A DNA stretch of 12,986 nt from a virus: the UHGV virus genome UHGV-1359266. One strand, given 5' to 3'. A program made the position numbers and the translations under genes. Numbering within the stretch: the first letter of the stretch is position 1; each line of letters begins with the position of its first letter. A model generated the notes under the pieces. The model searched no databases, was not told where the DNA came from, and was given only the letters and a program-made list of their open reading frames with translations. Shown piece by piece: positions 1 through 10,040 of the stretch.

Positions 1-10
1 TCACAAAACG

Positions 11-40
11 GTTTACATCCCCGTTCTTCTGTGGTACTAT
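11..40 (+). promoter_or_regulatory. T4 early-type promoter candidate: GTTTAC (11-16), 18-bp spacer, TG (32-33), TACTAT (35-40)
   Basis: Seen in sequence. Matches the T4 early promoter architecture (sigma70 -35 GTTTAC plus extended -10). Sits in ORF-free DNA upstream of the first ORF. Confidence 0.55.
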
Positions 41-83
41 ACAACTATCGGCAATACTGCTGATAATTAAAGAGGAAAATGAT

Positions 84-311
84 ATGGCTAAAGTTGATAT
101 TGACATCGTTGATTTTGAATATATTGAAGAAATTATTCGTAATCGTTATCCTGAACTTAGTATCACAAGCGTACAAGATTCTAAGTTTTGGAGTATTCAA
201 ATCGTTATTGAAGGTCCTCTTGAAGACCTCACCCGCTTTATGGCTAATGAATATTGTGATGGCATGGATGCCGAAGACGCAGAATTTTACATGGGACTGA
301 TTGAACAATAA
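84..311 (+). CDS. hypothetical small acidic early protein (75 aa)
   Basis: ORF with SD AAGAGGA (69-75) 8 nt before the ATG at 84. The overlapping 79..300 frame gives a low-complexity hydrophobic product and is less plausible. No recognisable motif. Confidence 0.5.
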   Translation: MAKVDIDIVDFEYIEEIIRNRYPELSITSVQDSKFWSIQIVIEGPLEDLTRFMANEYCDGMDAEDAEFYMGLIEQ

Positions 312-317
312 TTATCA

Positions 318-335
318 AGGGGCTATCAAGCCCCT
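318..335 (+). other. intergenic hairpin: AGGGGCT / ATCA loop / AGCCCCT, followed by ATTAAAAT
   Basis: Perfect 7-bp inverted repeat with a 4-nt loop, between the stop at 311 and the SD of the next ORF. The tail is A/T-rich but not a clean U-tract, so its terminator status is uncertain. Confidence 0.35.
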
Positions 336-355
336 ATTAAAATGAGGAAAACGTA

Positions 356-736
356 ATGTATATTGGCAAAAAGTATGAACTTATTCCAAGACTTATTGAT
401 ACATTTATTAATTATAGTCCACGTTCTAATTCATCAATAGTTAAAATTATTCAAGATAATGGCGGATGGTTTGAAGTTAAAGAAGTTTTCTTTGCTAATG
501 GATTTAAAGCAGTAAAACACATTGAATGCGCTAATGGAAAGCATTTTTACCTCAAAGATAGACTTTTAGAAATTTGCGAAGACGAATTTCATTGTTTCCG
601 CGAGTATAAAGAACCGACTTCTGAAGAAGATGAAGTCGAAGACAAGATTTCTGGCGTAACAAAAATTCACTGCGTTGTAGACGAAAACAATGTAGATGAA
701 ATTATTGAACTTTTACGAAAAACTTTCAAAAAGTAG
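356..736 (+). CDS. hypothetical protein (126 aa) with scattered Cys/His residues and an acidic C-terminal region
   Basis: ORF with SD GAGGA 7-8 nt upstream of the ATG. Contains HIECANGKHF ... EICEDEFHCF, a possible metal-binding arrangement. No family recognised. Confidence 0.55.
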   Translation: MYIGKKYELIPRLIDTFINYSPRSNSSIVKIIQDNGGWFEVKEVFFANGFKAVKHIECANGKHFYLKDRLLEICEDEFHCFREYKEPTSEEDEVEDKISGVTKIHCVVDENNVDEIIELLRKTFKK

Positions 737-765
737 TTTACAGTAGGGTAGTAGTGTGATACTAT
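736..765 (+). promoter_or_regulatory. T4 early-type promoter candidate: GTTTAC (736-741), 18-bp spacer, TG (757-758), TACTAT (760-765); an 11-bp inverted repeat (744-754 / 762-772) overlaps the -10
   Basis: Seen in sequence. Intergenic, directly upstream of the SD AAGGAG and the ATG at 791. Confidence 0.6.
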
Positions 766-790
766 TACCCTATCAACTAAGGAGAATAAA

Positions 791-1033
791 ATGAGATTAC
801 AACGCCAGAGCATCAAAGATTCAGAAGTTAAAGGTAAATGGTATTTTAATATCATTGGTAAAGATTCTGAGCTTGTTGAAAAAGCTGAACATCTTTTACG
901 TGATATGGGATGGGAAGATGAATGTGATGGATGCCCTCTTTATGAAGATGGAGAAAGCGCAGGATTCTGGATTTACCATTCTGACGTTGAACAGTTTAAA
1001 GCCGATTGGAAAATTGTGAAAAAGTCTGTTTGA
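791..1033 (+). CDS. hypothetical protein (80 aa)
   Basis: ORF with strong SD AAGGAG upstream. Contains a CxxC pair (ECDGCP). No family recognised. Confidence 0.55.
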   Translation: MRLQRQSIKDSEVKGKWYFNIIGKDSELVEKAEHLLRDMGWEDECDGCPLYEDGESAGFWIYHSDVEQFKADWKIVKKSV

Positions 1034-1043
1034 GGAAAATATT

Positions 1044-1376
1044 ATGTCTGACATTCATGTAACTGGAATTTCACAAGTAAACATTCGTTGCCAATTTAAA
1101 ACTGTACCCGGGGTGACTCATATTACTTTATCGCACGACCCATATTCTCGTGGAAGACAGTTAACTGGTGTAATTAAGTTTTTCGGTGGAATTGGTGGTA
1201 ATGAATTTACTATAGGCGATGACGAAATTGTTGGCTGTAAATTAAAAGTTCAAAAGGGCGTGTTAGAACTTTTTAGTGATGAAGTTTTTGATGAAATTTC
1301 ACAAGCAGTTAATAAAGGAATGCTAACGTTAATTAAAATGATTAAAGCTAGCGGATATGTTCCTGATCCTTTTTAA
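1044..1376 (+). CDS. hypothetical protein (110 aa)
   Basis: ORF with SD GAGGA 7 nt upstream; begins 11 nt after the previous stop. No family recognised. Confidence 0.55.
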   Translation: MSDIHVTGISQVNIRCQFKTVPGVTHITLSHDPYSRGRQLTGVIKFFGGIGGNEFTIGDDEIVGCKLKVQKGVLELFSDEVFDEISQAVNKGMLTLIKMIKASGYVPDPF

Positions 1377-1387
1377 TAGGAGATAAT

Positions 1388-1630
1388 ATGATTTTTGTTT
1401 TTGAATTTATGAATGATGAATTCGATTATGCAATTTTTAACGCATTGCATAATCCTAATTTAAGTGAATTTAATGAAATGTTTTCTGACGCTTTGAGTAT
1501 GTCAGAAGAATACTGCGGAGAATGTCAACGTGTTTGTGTGACAGTTTTTGAAAACAAAGAAAAGACATATGAAGAGTTATTCTTTGATGCTAATAAAGCC
1601 AATGAATGGTTTATTGAAAAGGGGTTTTGA
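1388..1630 (+). CDS. hypothetical acidic protein (80 aa) with CxxCxxxC
   Basis: ORF with SD AGGAG upstream. Ends 3 nt before the frd start. No family recognised. Confidence 0.5.
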   Translation: MIFVFEFMNDEFDYAIFNALHNPNLSEFNEMFSDALSMSEEYCGECQRVCVTVFENKEKTYEELFFDANKANEWFIEKGF

Positions 1631-2236
<606 letters not shown>

Positions 2237-2239
2237 AAT

Positions 2240-2587
2240 ATGAATTTTAATTATTACCCTATTCTATTAGAAAAAGACGCGAAACAGCCAAAGTGGCAGG
2301 GTCCTCAGTTTATTAAAGGTGTCTATCAATTAGTAGTTCCTAAAGACAAGATTTATAGTAGCTGTTTCACTGAATCCGCTTGCAGTATTTTCGGTAATAG
2401 TTCTCCGTATTGGAATTTTGATATAAAGCTTGACAGAAATATCGATATTTGGCTGAAAGCTATGGATATTGGTAATATCACGTTTGATGAGAATAATTAT
2501 CATATTATTGGTCGCTTTTCCAAACGCGGCAAAGAATTATATTTCACACCTGAAATTGAAAGAAAATTTGATGCAAAGCCATATTAA
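2240..2587 (+). CDS. hypothetical protein (115 aa) lying between frd and td
   Basis: ORF in the same frame as frd, separated from it only by TGA-AAT. Weak SD (CGGGG). No recognisable nuclease (GIY-YIG, HNH, LAGLIDADG) or other motif. Confidence 0.5.
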   Translation: MNFNYYPILLEKDAKQPKWQGPQFIKGVYQLVVPKDKIYSSCFTESACSIFGNSSPYWNFDIKLDRNIDIWLKAMDIGNITFDENNYHIIGRFSKRGKELYFTPEIERKFDAKPY

Positions 2588-2600
2588 TTATAGGTGCTAA

Positions 2601-3461
2601 ATGAAACAATACCAAGATTTAATTAAAAATATCCTTGAAAATGGCTATGAAACCGATGACCGAACAGGCACAGGAACAATTGCTTTGTTCGGTACTAAAT
2701 TGCGTTGGGATTTAACCAAAGGTTTTCCTGCAGTAACAACAAAAAAGCTCGCCTGGAATGCTTGTATTTCTGAGTTATTGTGGTTCTTATCAGGAAGTAC
2801 TAACGTAAATGACCTGCGTCAGCGTACTCACGGGTCTTTAATTGCAGGGAAAACGATTTGGGATGAAAATTACGAAAAACAAGCAAAAGATTTAGGATAT
2901 CATAGCGGTGAGCTTGGCCCAATTTATGGAAAACAATGGCGTGATTTTGGCGGTGTAGACCAAATTGTAGAAGTTATTGATCGTATTAAAACATTTCCTA
3001 ATGATAGACGCCAAATTGTTTCCGCGTGGAATCCGGCAGAACTTAAGCAGATGGCATTACCACCTTGTCATATGTTCTATCAGTTTAATGTTCGTAACGG
3101 ATACCTTGACCTCCAATGGTATCAACGATCAGTAGATGTTTTCCTCGGTCTTCCATTTAACATCGCGAGCTATGCTGCTCTTTTACATATTGTTGCTGAC
3201 ATGTGTGAACTAGTTCCAGGCGATTTGATATTCTCTGGTGGTAATACACACATTTATTCTAACCATATTGAGCAATGCAAAGAGATATTAAATAGAACCC
3301 CTATGGACCTATGTAAACTCAGTATTAATTGGCCTAATGGATTTAGTCAATGCGATACTGAAACTCAAATGTATTGGTTAACTGAATATATGACAGCACG
3401 AGATTTCGTTCTAAAAGATTATCAGTCCCATGGTGTCTTGAAAGGAAAGATGGCGGTGTAA
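2601..3461 (+). CDS. td: thymidylate synthase (uninterrupted ORF, 286 aa)
   Basis: Catalytic motifs seen in sequence: DRRQIVSAWNP and LPPCHMFYQF (active-site Cys). SD AGGTG upstream. The length equals recalled T4 Td (286 aa), but the ORF is continuous, so no group I intron. Confidence 0.95.
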   Translation: MKQYQDLIKNILENGYETDDRTGTGTIALFGTKLRWDLTKGFPAVTTKKLAWNACISELLWFLSGSTNVNDLRQRTHGSLIAGKTIWDENYEKQAKDLGYHSGELGPIYGKQWRDFGGVDQIVEVIDRIKTFPNDRRQIVSAWNPAELKQMALPPCHMFYQFNVRNGYLDLQWYQRSVDVFLGLPFNIASYAALLHIVADMCELVPGDLIFSGGNTHIYSNHIEQCKEILNRTPMDLCKLSINWPNGFSQCDTETQMYWLTEYMTARDFVLKDYQSHGVLKGKMAV

Positions 3462-3484
3462 TTTTAATTTAATTGTGAGGATAT

Positions 3485-3748
3485 ATGATTTTACGATTTA
3501 AAGATACTTCTGGTGTAGTTCTTTTTACACTTCCTAACCCAAGCGAGTTAGAAGTTCCAGGACCAAATCAGCCTATTATAATTTATGGCAAAAAATATTA
3601 TACTCATAAAATGACTCGTGAGTATTTTGATAATAAAATTTCCACAGTTAAAACTTCTTCTGACTGTTATTATGATATTACTGTTTTAACGGAAAAACAA
3701 TATGAAGAATTATCACCGCGCGGGCCGTCTATGCCAGGTAGTGAATAA
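3485..3748 (+). CDS. hypothetical protein (87 aa)
   Basis: ORF with SD GAGG upstream. Its 3' end overlaps the next ORF by 47 nt in a GC-rich patch. Confidence 0.45.
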   Translation: MILRFKDTSGVVLFTLPNPSELEVPGPNQPIIIYGKKYYTHKMTREYFDNKISTVKTSSDCYYDITVLTEKQYEELSPRGPSMPGSE

Positions 3749-4028
3749 ATATAAATCCGACTTTGATGTTAATATTCACCGTGGTACATTTTGGGGAAAT
3801 TACGTCGGTAAAGATGCTGGCAGCCGGGAGGCTGCCATTGAATTATTCAAAAAAGATTTTATACGTCGAATTAAATCCGGAGAAATAACTAAAGCACATT
3901 TAGAGCCTTTACGTGGAATGAGGCTAGGATGCACATGTAAACCGAAGCCGTGTCATGGTGATATAATAGCTCATATAGTTAACCGATTGTTTAAAGACGA
4001 TTTTCAAGTTGAGGACTTATGCAATTAA
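3702..4028 (+). CDS. hypothetical Cys/His-containing protein (108 aa)
   Basis: ORF ending 10 nt inside nrdA (translational coupling). Contains [11 protein letters not shown], a possible metal-binding motif. The start is uncertain: ATG 3702 has a weak SD and GTG 3741 is an alternative. Confidence 0.5.
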   Translation: MKNYHRAGRLCQVVNKYKSDFDVNIHRGTFWGNYVGKDAGSREAAIELFKKDFIRRIKSGEITKAHLEPLRGMRLGCTCKPKPCHGDIIAHIVNRLFKDDFQVEDLCN

Positions 4029-6283
4029 TTAATGTTATCAAAAGTAGTGGTGTTTCTCAGAGCTTTGACCCGCAAAAAATTATTAAAGTTTTATCTTGGG
4101 CAGCTGAAGGAACATCAGTCGATCCTTATGAATTATATGAAAATATTAAATCTTATCTCCGTGATGGAATGACAACTGATGATATTCAGACTATTGTCAT
4201 TAAGGCTGCTGCGAATTCTATTTCAGTTGAAGAGCCTGATTATCAATATGTAGCTGCACGCTGTTTAATGTTTGCTCTTCGTAAGCATGTTTATGGACAG
4301 TATGAACCGTGTTCATTTATTGACCATATTTCTTATTGTGTAAATGAAGGGAAATATGACCCTGAATTATTGTCAAAATATTCTGCAGAAGAAATTACAT
4401 TTTTAGAATCAAAAATTAAGCATGAGCGGGATATGGAATTTACTTATTCCGGGGCAATGCAATTAAAAGAAAAATATCTAGTTAAAGATAAAAGCACTGG
4501 TCAAATTTATGAAACTCCGCAGTTTGCATTTATGACTATCGGAATGGCATTGCATCAAGATGAACCTGTTGATAGATTAAAACATGTTATTCGTTTTTAT
4601 GAAGCAGTATCTACTCGACAGATTTCACTGCCAACTCCTATTATGGCTGGTTGTCGTACTCCGACTCGACAGTTTAGTTCATGCGTTGTTATTGAGGCAG
4701 GTGATTCATTGAAGTCTATCAATAAGGCTTCTGCTTCAATTGTTGAATATATTTCTAAACGTGCTGGAATTGGTATTAACGTTGGTATGATTCGTGCAGA
4801 AGGTTCTAAGATTGGTATGGGCGAAGTACGACATACTGGTGTTATTCCTTTTTGGAAACATTTTCAGACTGCTGTTAAATCGTGTTCACAGGGTGGAATT
4901 CGTGGCGGCGCTGCTACTGCTTATTATCCTATTTGGCATTTGGAAGTTGAAAATCTTCTAGTTTTAAAAAATAACAAAGGCGTAGAAGAAAACCGTATCC
5001 GTCATATGGATTATGGTGTTCAGCTGAATGATTTGATGATGGAACGTTTTGGAAAGAACGATTACATTACTTTGTTCAGTCCACATGAAATGGGTGGCGA
5101 GCTTTATTATTCTTATTTTAAAGACCAAGACCGTTTCCGTGAATTATACGAAGCAGCAGAAAAAGACCCTAATATTCGTAAAAAGCGTATTAAAGCACGT
5201 GAACTATTTGAATTGCTCATGACTGAACGCTCAGGAACAGCAAGGATTTATGTACAGTTCATTGATAACACGAATAATTATACGCCGTTTATTCGTGAAA
5301 AGGCACCTATTCGCCAGAGTAACTTGTGCTGTGAAATTGCTATTCCAACAAATGATGTGAATAGTCCTGATGCTGAAATTGGATTATGCACTTTATCTGC
5401 ATTTGTATTGGATAACTTCGATTGGCAAGACCAAGATAAAATTAATGAATTGGCAGAAGTTCAAGTTCGTGCTCTTGATAATCTGTTGGATTACCAAGGA
5501 TATCCAGTTCCTGAAGCAGAAAAAGCTAAAAAGCGTCGTAATCTTGGCGTAGGTGTTACTAACTATGCAGCTTGGCTGGCAAGTAACTTTGCTTCTTATG
5601 AAGATGCTAACGATTTAACGCATGAACTATTTGAGAGATTACAGTATGGACTCATTAAAGCATCCATTAAGCTCGCCAAAGAAAAAGGACCTTGCGAATA
5701 TTATTCAGACACTCGTTGGTCTCGAGGCGAATTACCTATCGACTGGTACAATAAAAAGATTGACCAAATCGCAGCTCCAAAATACGTTTGTGACTGGTCG
5801 TCGCTGCGGGAAGACCTTAAGCTCTTTGGCATCCGTAATAGCACATTATCAGCACTTATGCCATGTGAGTCATCTTCCCAAGTTTCTAACAGTACAAACG
5901 GTATCGAACCTCCACGTGGACCAGTCTCTGTTAAAGAGTCAAAAGAGGGTTCCTTTAATCAAGTCGTGCCCAATATTGAACATAACATAGACCTCTATGA
6001 TTATACATGGAAATTAGCTAAGAAAGGTAATAAACCGTATCTTACGCAGGTAGCTATTATGCTGAAATGGGTGTGTCAATCAGCTTCAGCGAATACATAT
6101 TATGACCCCCAAATCTTCCCTAAAGGAAAGGTTCCAATGTCAATAATGATTGATGACCTTTTGTATTTTTGGTACTTTGGTGGAAAAAATTTCTATTATC
6201 ATAATACCCGTGATGGTTCTGGTACTGATGATTATGAAATAGAAACTCCAAAAGCTGAAGATTGTTCATCCTGTAAATTATGA
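4019..6283 (+). CDS. nrdA: aerobic ribonucleotide reductase large subunit (class Ia alpha), 754 aa
   Basis: Active-site SNLCCEIAIP and the C-terminal redox Cys pair (DCSSCKL) are seen in sequence. Length matches recalled T4 NrdA (754 aa). SD GAGGA upstream. Confidence 0.96.
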   Translation: MQLINVIKSSGVSQSFDPQKIIKVLSWAAEGTSVDPYELYENIKSYLRDGMTTDDIQTIVIKAAANSISVEEPDYQYVAARCLMFALRKHVYGQYEPCSFIDHISYCVNEGKYDPELLSKYSAEEITFLESKIKHERDMEFTYSGAMQLKEKYLVKDKSTGQIYETPQFAFMTIGMALHQDEPVDRLKHVIRFYEAVSTRQISLPTPIMAGCRTPTRQFSSCVVIEAGDSLKSINKASASIVEYISKRAGIGINVGMIRAEGSKIGMGEVRHTGVIPFWKHFQTAVKSCSQGGIRGGAATAYYPIWHLEVENLLVLKNNKGVEENRIRHMDYGVQLNDLMMERFGKNDYITLFSPHEMGGELYYSYFKDQDRFRELYEAAEKDPNIRKKRIKARELFELLMTERSGTARIYVQFIDNTNNYTPFIREKAPIRQSNLCCEIAIPTNDVNSPDAEIGLCTLSAFVLDNFDWQDQDKINELAEVQVRALDNLLDYQGYPVPEAEKAKKRRNLGVGVTNYAAWLASNFASYEDANDLTHELFERLQYGLIKASIKLAKEKGPCEYYSDTRWSRGELPIDWYNKKIDQIAAPKYVCDWSSLREDLKLFGIRNSTLSALMPCESSSQVSNSTNGIEPPRGPVSVKESKEGSFNQVVPNIEHNIDLYDYTWKLAKKGNKPYLTQVAIMLKWVCQSASANTYYDPQIFPKGKVPMSIMIDDLLYFWYFGGKNFYYHNTRDGSGTDDYEIETPKAEDCSSCKL

Positions 6284-6334
6284 TATAATTTGACTCACGG
6301 ACGAGTCACTATCTATTAACTAAGCGGAAAATTT

Positions 6335-7513
6335 ATGAGCACAGTTTTTAATACAAATCCAGTTGATGTTTTAAAAGAACCGATGTTTTTTGGTTCAGGT
6401 CTTGGTATTGCGCGTTATGATATTCAACGCCATAAAGTTTTTGAAGATTTGACCGAAAAGCAATTGTCATTTTTCTGGCGGCCTGAAGAAGTAAACTTAA
6501 TGATGGATGCTGCACAATTTAATAAACTTCCTCAGTATCAGCAAAATATTTTTACTAATAACCTGAAGTATCAATCGCTTTTGGATAGCATTCAGGGTCG
6601 TGCACCGTCTGCTGTACTTATGTCATTAATTTCAGACCCAAGCCTCGATACATGGGTTGCTACATGGACTTTTAGTGAAACTATTCACAGTCGTTCATAT
6701 ACTCATATCATGCGAAATCTTTATACTGATCCATCGAAGGTGTTTGATGAGATTGTATTAGATGAAGCTATTATGAAACGTGCTGAATCTATCGGTCGCT
6801 ATTATGATGATGTTCTGATTAAAACCCGTGAATGGGAAAATGCTAAAGAATTTGTAGAACTAGCTAAAGAATCTCCTGATGCCGACTTTCGTTTAAACCG
6901 AGCTATTAAACAAGAGGCCGAAGCTAAACGTGCTTTAATGAAGTCTCTTTACCTCTGTTTACACGTTATTAATGCCTTAGAAGCTATTCGTTTTTATGTA
7001 TCTTTTGCATGTACCTTTAACTTCCATAAGAACATGGAAATCATGGAAGGTAATGCCAAGATTATGAAGTTTATTGCACGTGATGAGCAGCTTCACCTTA
7101 AAGGCACTCAATATATTATTCGTCAACTTCAACTTGGCACTGATGGCGATGAATGGGTTAAAATTGCTCAAGAGTGTGAACAAGAAGCAGTTGATATTTT
7201 CATGGAAGTTAACCGCCAAGAAAAAGATTGGGCAGTTCATTTATTTAAAGATGGCGATGTTCCTGGATTAAATACAAATAGCATGTGGAGCTTTATTGAT
7301 TACTTAACTGTATCTCGTATGAAACAGTGTGGTCTTCCATGCCCAATTACCGATGCTCCGGTTAAACATCCATATCCTTGGATTCGTGAATACCTTAATT
7401 CTGATAATGTTCAATCCGCGCCGCAAGAAGTAGAACTGTCATCTTACCTTGTAGCACAGATTGATAATGATGTTGATGATAAAGTTATGATGAGTTTTAA
7501 AAAATACTTTTAA
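6335..7513 (+). CDS. nrdB: aerobic ribonucleotide reductase small subunit (class Ia beta), uninterrupted, 392 aa
   Basis: Tyrosyl-radical region FSETIHSRSYTHI and the R2-type C-terminal tail SYLVAQIDNDVDD are seen in sequence. Continuous ORF, so no intron. Confidence 0.95.
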   Translation: MSTVFNTNPVDVLKEPMFFGSGLGIARYDIQRHKVFEDLTEKQLSFFWRPEEVNLMMDAAQFNKLPQYQQNIFTNNLKYQSLLDSIQGRAPSAVLMSLISDPSLDTWVATWTFSETIHSRSYTHIMRNLYTDPSKVFDEIVLDEAIMKRAESIGRYYDDVLIKTREWENAKEFVELAKESPDADFRLNRAIKQEAEAKRALMKSLYLCLHVINALEAIRFYVSFACTFNFHKNMEIMEGNAKIMKFIARDEQLHLKGTQYIIRQLQLGTDGDEWVKIAQECEQEAVDIFMEVNRQEKDWAVHLFKDGDVPGLNTNSMWSFIDYLTVSRMKQCGLPCPITDAPVKHPYPWIREYLNSDNVQSAPQEVELSSYLVAQIDNDVDDKVMMSFKKYF

Positions 7514-7516
7514 GGA

Positions 7517-7540
7517 GTGGGCCGCAAGGCCCATTTTATT
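7517..7540 (+). terminator. intrinsic terminator-like hairpin: GTGGGCC / GCAA loop / GGCCCAT, followed by TTTTATT
   Basis: Seen in sequence. GC-rich stem (core GGGCC/GGCCC, extendable by T-A and G-U) with a GNRA tetraloop and a T-run, placed 4 nt after the nrdB stop and ending at the denA ATG. Confidence 0.6.
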
Positions 7541-9128
<1,588 letters not shown>

Positions 9129-9131
9129 GCT

Positions 9132-9162
9132 GTTTACAAGTCCCTTATGTTGTGTTATAGTG
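9132..9162 (+). promoter_or_regulatory. T4 early-type promoter candidate: GTTTAC (9132-9137), 19-bp spacer, TG (9154-9155), TATAGT (9157-9162)
   Basis: Seen in sequence, in the rnlA-alc intergenic region upstream of SD GAGGG and the alc ATG. Confidence 0.5.
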
Positions 9163-9192
9163 GTCTTACTGGCATAACATGAGGGCTTTATA

Positions 9193-9696
9193 ATGGATTT
9201 ACAACTTATTACTACTGAAATGGTCGTTGAAGCATACGGTGATACTACAGATGGGATTTCTGTATTCAAGGGAAATCGTCGAGTTGGATATATCACCGAT
9301 CTTAAGAAAGATTTAGCAAAACAAGTCAAGCGGAAAACGACCATTAAAGAATATCGAAATCGTCGTCTTGAGCAAGCCCGTGATATGCTTCCTGATGCGG
9401 TTGAGGAGATGAAAGTCTTTTTAGAAAATCAGCTTGCGAAATATGATTGTGATGTATTCATTAATCAGACTCAACCTAATGTTCATATCAATAACTGTAA
9501 ATGTTATATTATCGTTAATCCTTTGACAGGAAAACATCGTCTTGGAATTAGTAATCCAAATCGTAGCGCATCGGATATGGCAGAAGATGTTGAGGCATGC
9601 TTTAAAATTTCTAAATCTCCGGCTGAACATCATATTTTAATTAACGGTCTTTCTCAAGACGATATTATAGAGGTTATTAAAACTTTATGCAATTAA
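9193..9696 (+). CDS. alc: Alc-like protein (inhibitor of transcription from cytosine-containing DNA), 167 aa
   Basis: Position between rnlA and pseT and the length (167 aa) match my recollection of T4 Alc. No diagnostic motif can be verified by eye, so this call rests on synteny and recall. Confidence 0.8.
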   Translation: MDLQLITTEMVVEAYGDTTDGISVFKGNRRVGYITDLKKDLAKQVKRKTTIKEYRNRRLEQARDMLPDAVEEMKVFLENQLAKYDCDVFINQTQPNVHINNCKCYIIVNPLTGKHRLGISNPNRSASDMAEDVEACFKISKSPAEHHILINGLSQDDIIEVIKTLCN

Positions 9697-10040
9697 GTAA
9701 TACAACAACAGGCTTGTTATTAATTGTAATTGCATTGGGCGGAACTTCTTTAATTTTAAAAAATAAAATTGAAAGATTAGAAACGTCTGTTGTAGAAATT
9801 ACAAAAACAGCCAATGAAAACGCTTTAGCATTAAATAATTTGCGAATTCAGTATAATTATATTGATGCAATGAATAATAAAAATCGTGAGGCGATTGCTG
9901 CTATTGAGCGTGAAAATGAAAAACTGCGCAAAGATGCAAAGAAGGCGGATGTGGTGGCTCGTAAGCCAGGATTGGTTGAAAAACAAATCAACAACTCCTT
10001 CATCAAGTTCGCAGAAGACATCCAGGATCTTTCTAAATGA
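9687..10040 (+). CDS. pseT.3: i-spanin (inner-membrane spanin subunit, PseT.3-like), 117 aa
   Basis: N-terminal transmembrane helix (GLLLIVIALGGTSLIL) followed by a charged, coiled-coil-like region. Overlaps alc by 10 nt and the next gene by ATGA. T4 spanins are known to map to pseT.3/pseT.2. Confidence 0.7.
   Translation: MQLSNTTTGLLLIVIALGGTSLILKNKIERLETSVVEITKTANENALALNNLRIQYNYIDAMNNKNREAIAAIERENEKLRKDAKKADVVARKPGLVEKQINNSFIKFAEDIQDLSK

Noticed and set aside
79-300. Alternative + strand ORF (73 aa) overlapping the first gene in another frame
   Set aside because: Low-complexity hydrophobic product. Its ATG is too close to the SD. The 84..311 frame has better spacing and a more protein-like product.
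45-308. Minus-strand ORF (87 aa) antisense to the first gene
   Set aside because: Fully antisense to a better-supported + strand gene in a uniformly + strand operon, with no SD. The other minus-strand ORFs in the track (667..855, 6977..7240, 9033..9344, 9421..9633, 10802..11101, 11191..11391, 11832..12032) are rejected for the same reason.
3749-3757. Late-promoter-like ATATAAATC
   Set aside because: It does not match the T4 late consensus TATAAATA and lies inside coding sequence. No exact TATAAATA was found anywhere in the window.
5370-5990. Two + strand ORFs (60 and 122 aa) nested inside nrdA in other frames, and similarly 7074..7271 inside nrdB
   Set aside because: They lie inside well-supported conserved genes and are most likely chance open frames in AT-rich coding sequence.
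6956-6961. GTTTAC hexamer inside nrdB
   Set aside because: It lies within coding sequence and lacks a properly spaced TGn-TAnnnT element, so it is probably a chance match.
7517-7540. N-terminal extension of denA (MGRKAHFI...) from the track
   Set aside because: The extension is the terminator hairpin itself. The ATG at 7541 gives the 136-aa product I recall for EndoII.
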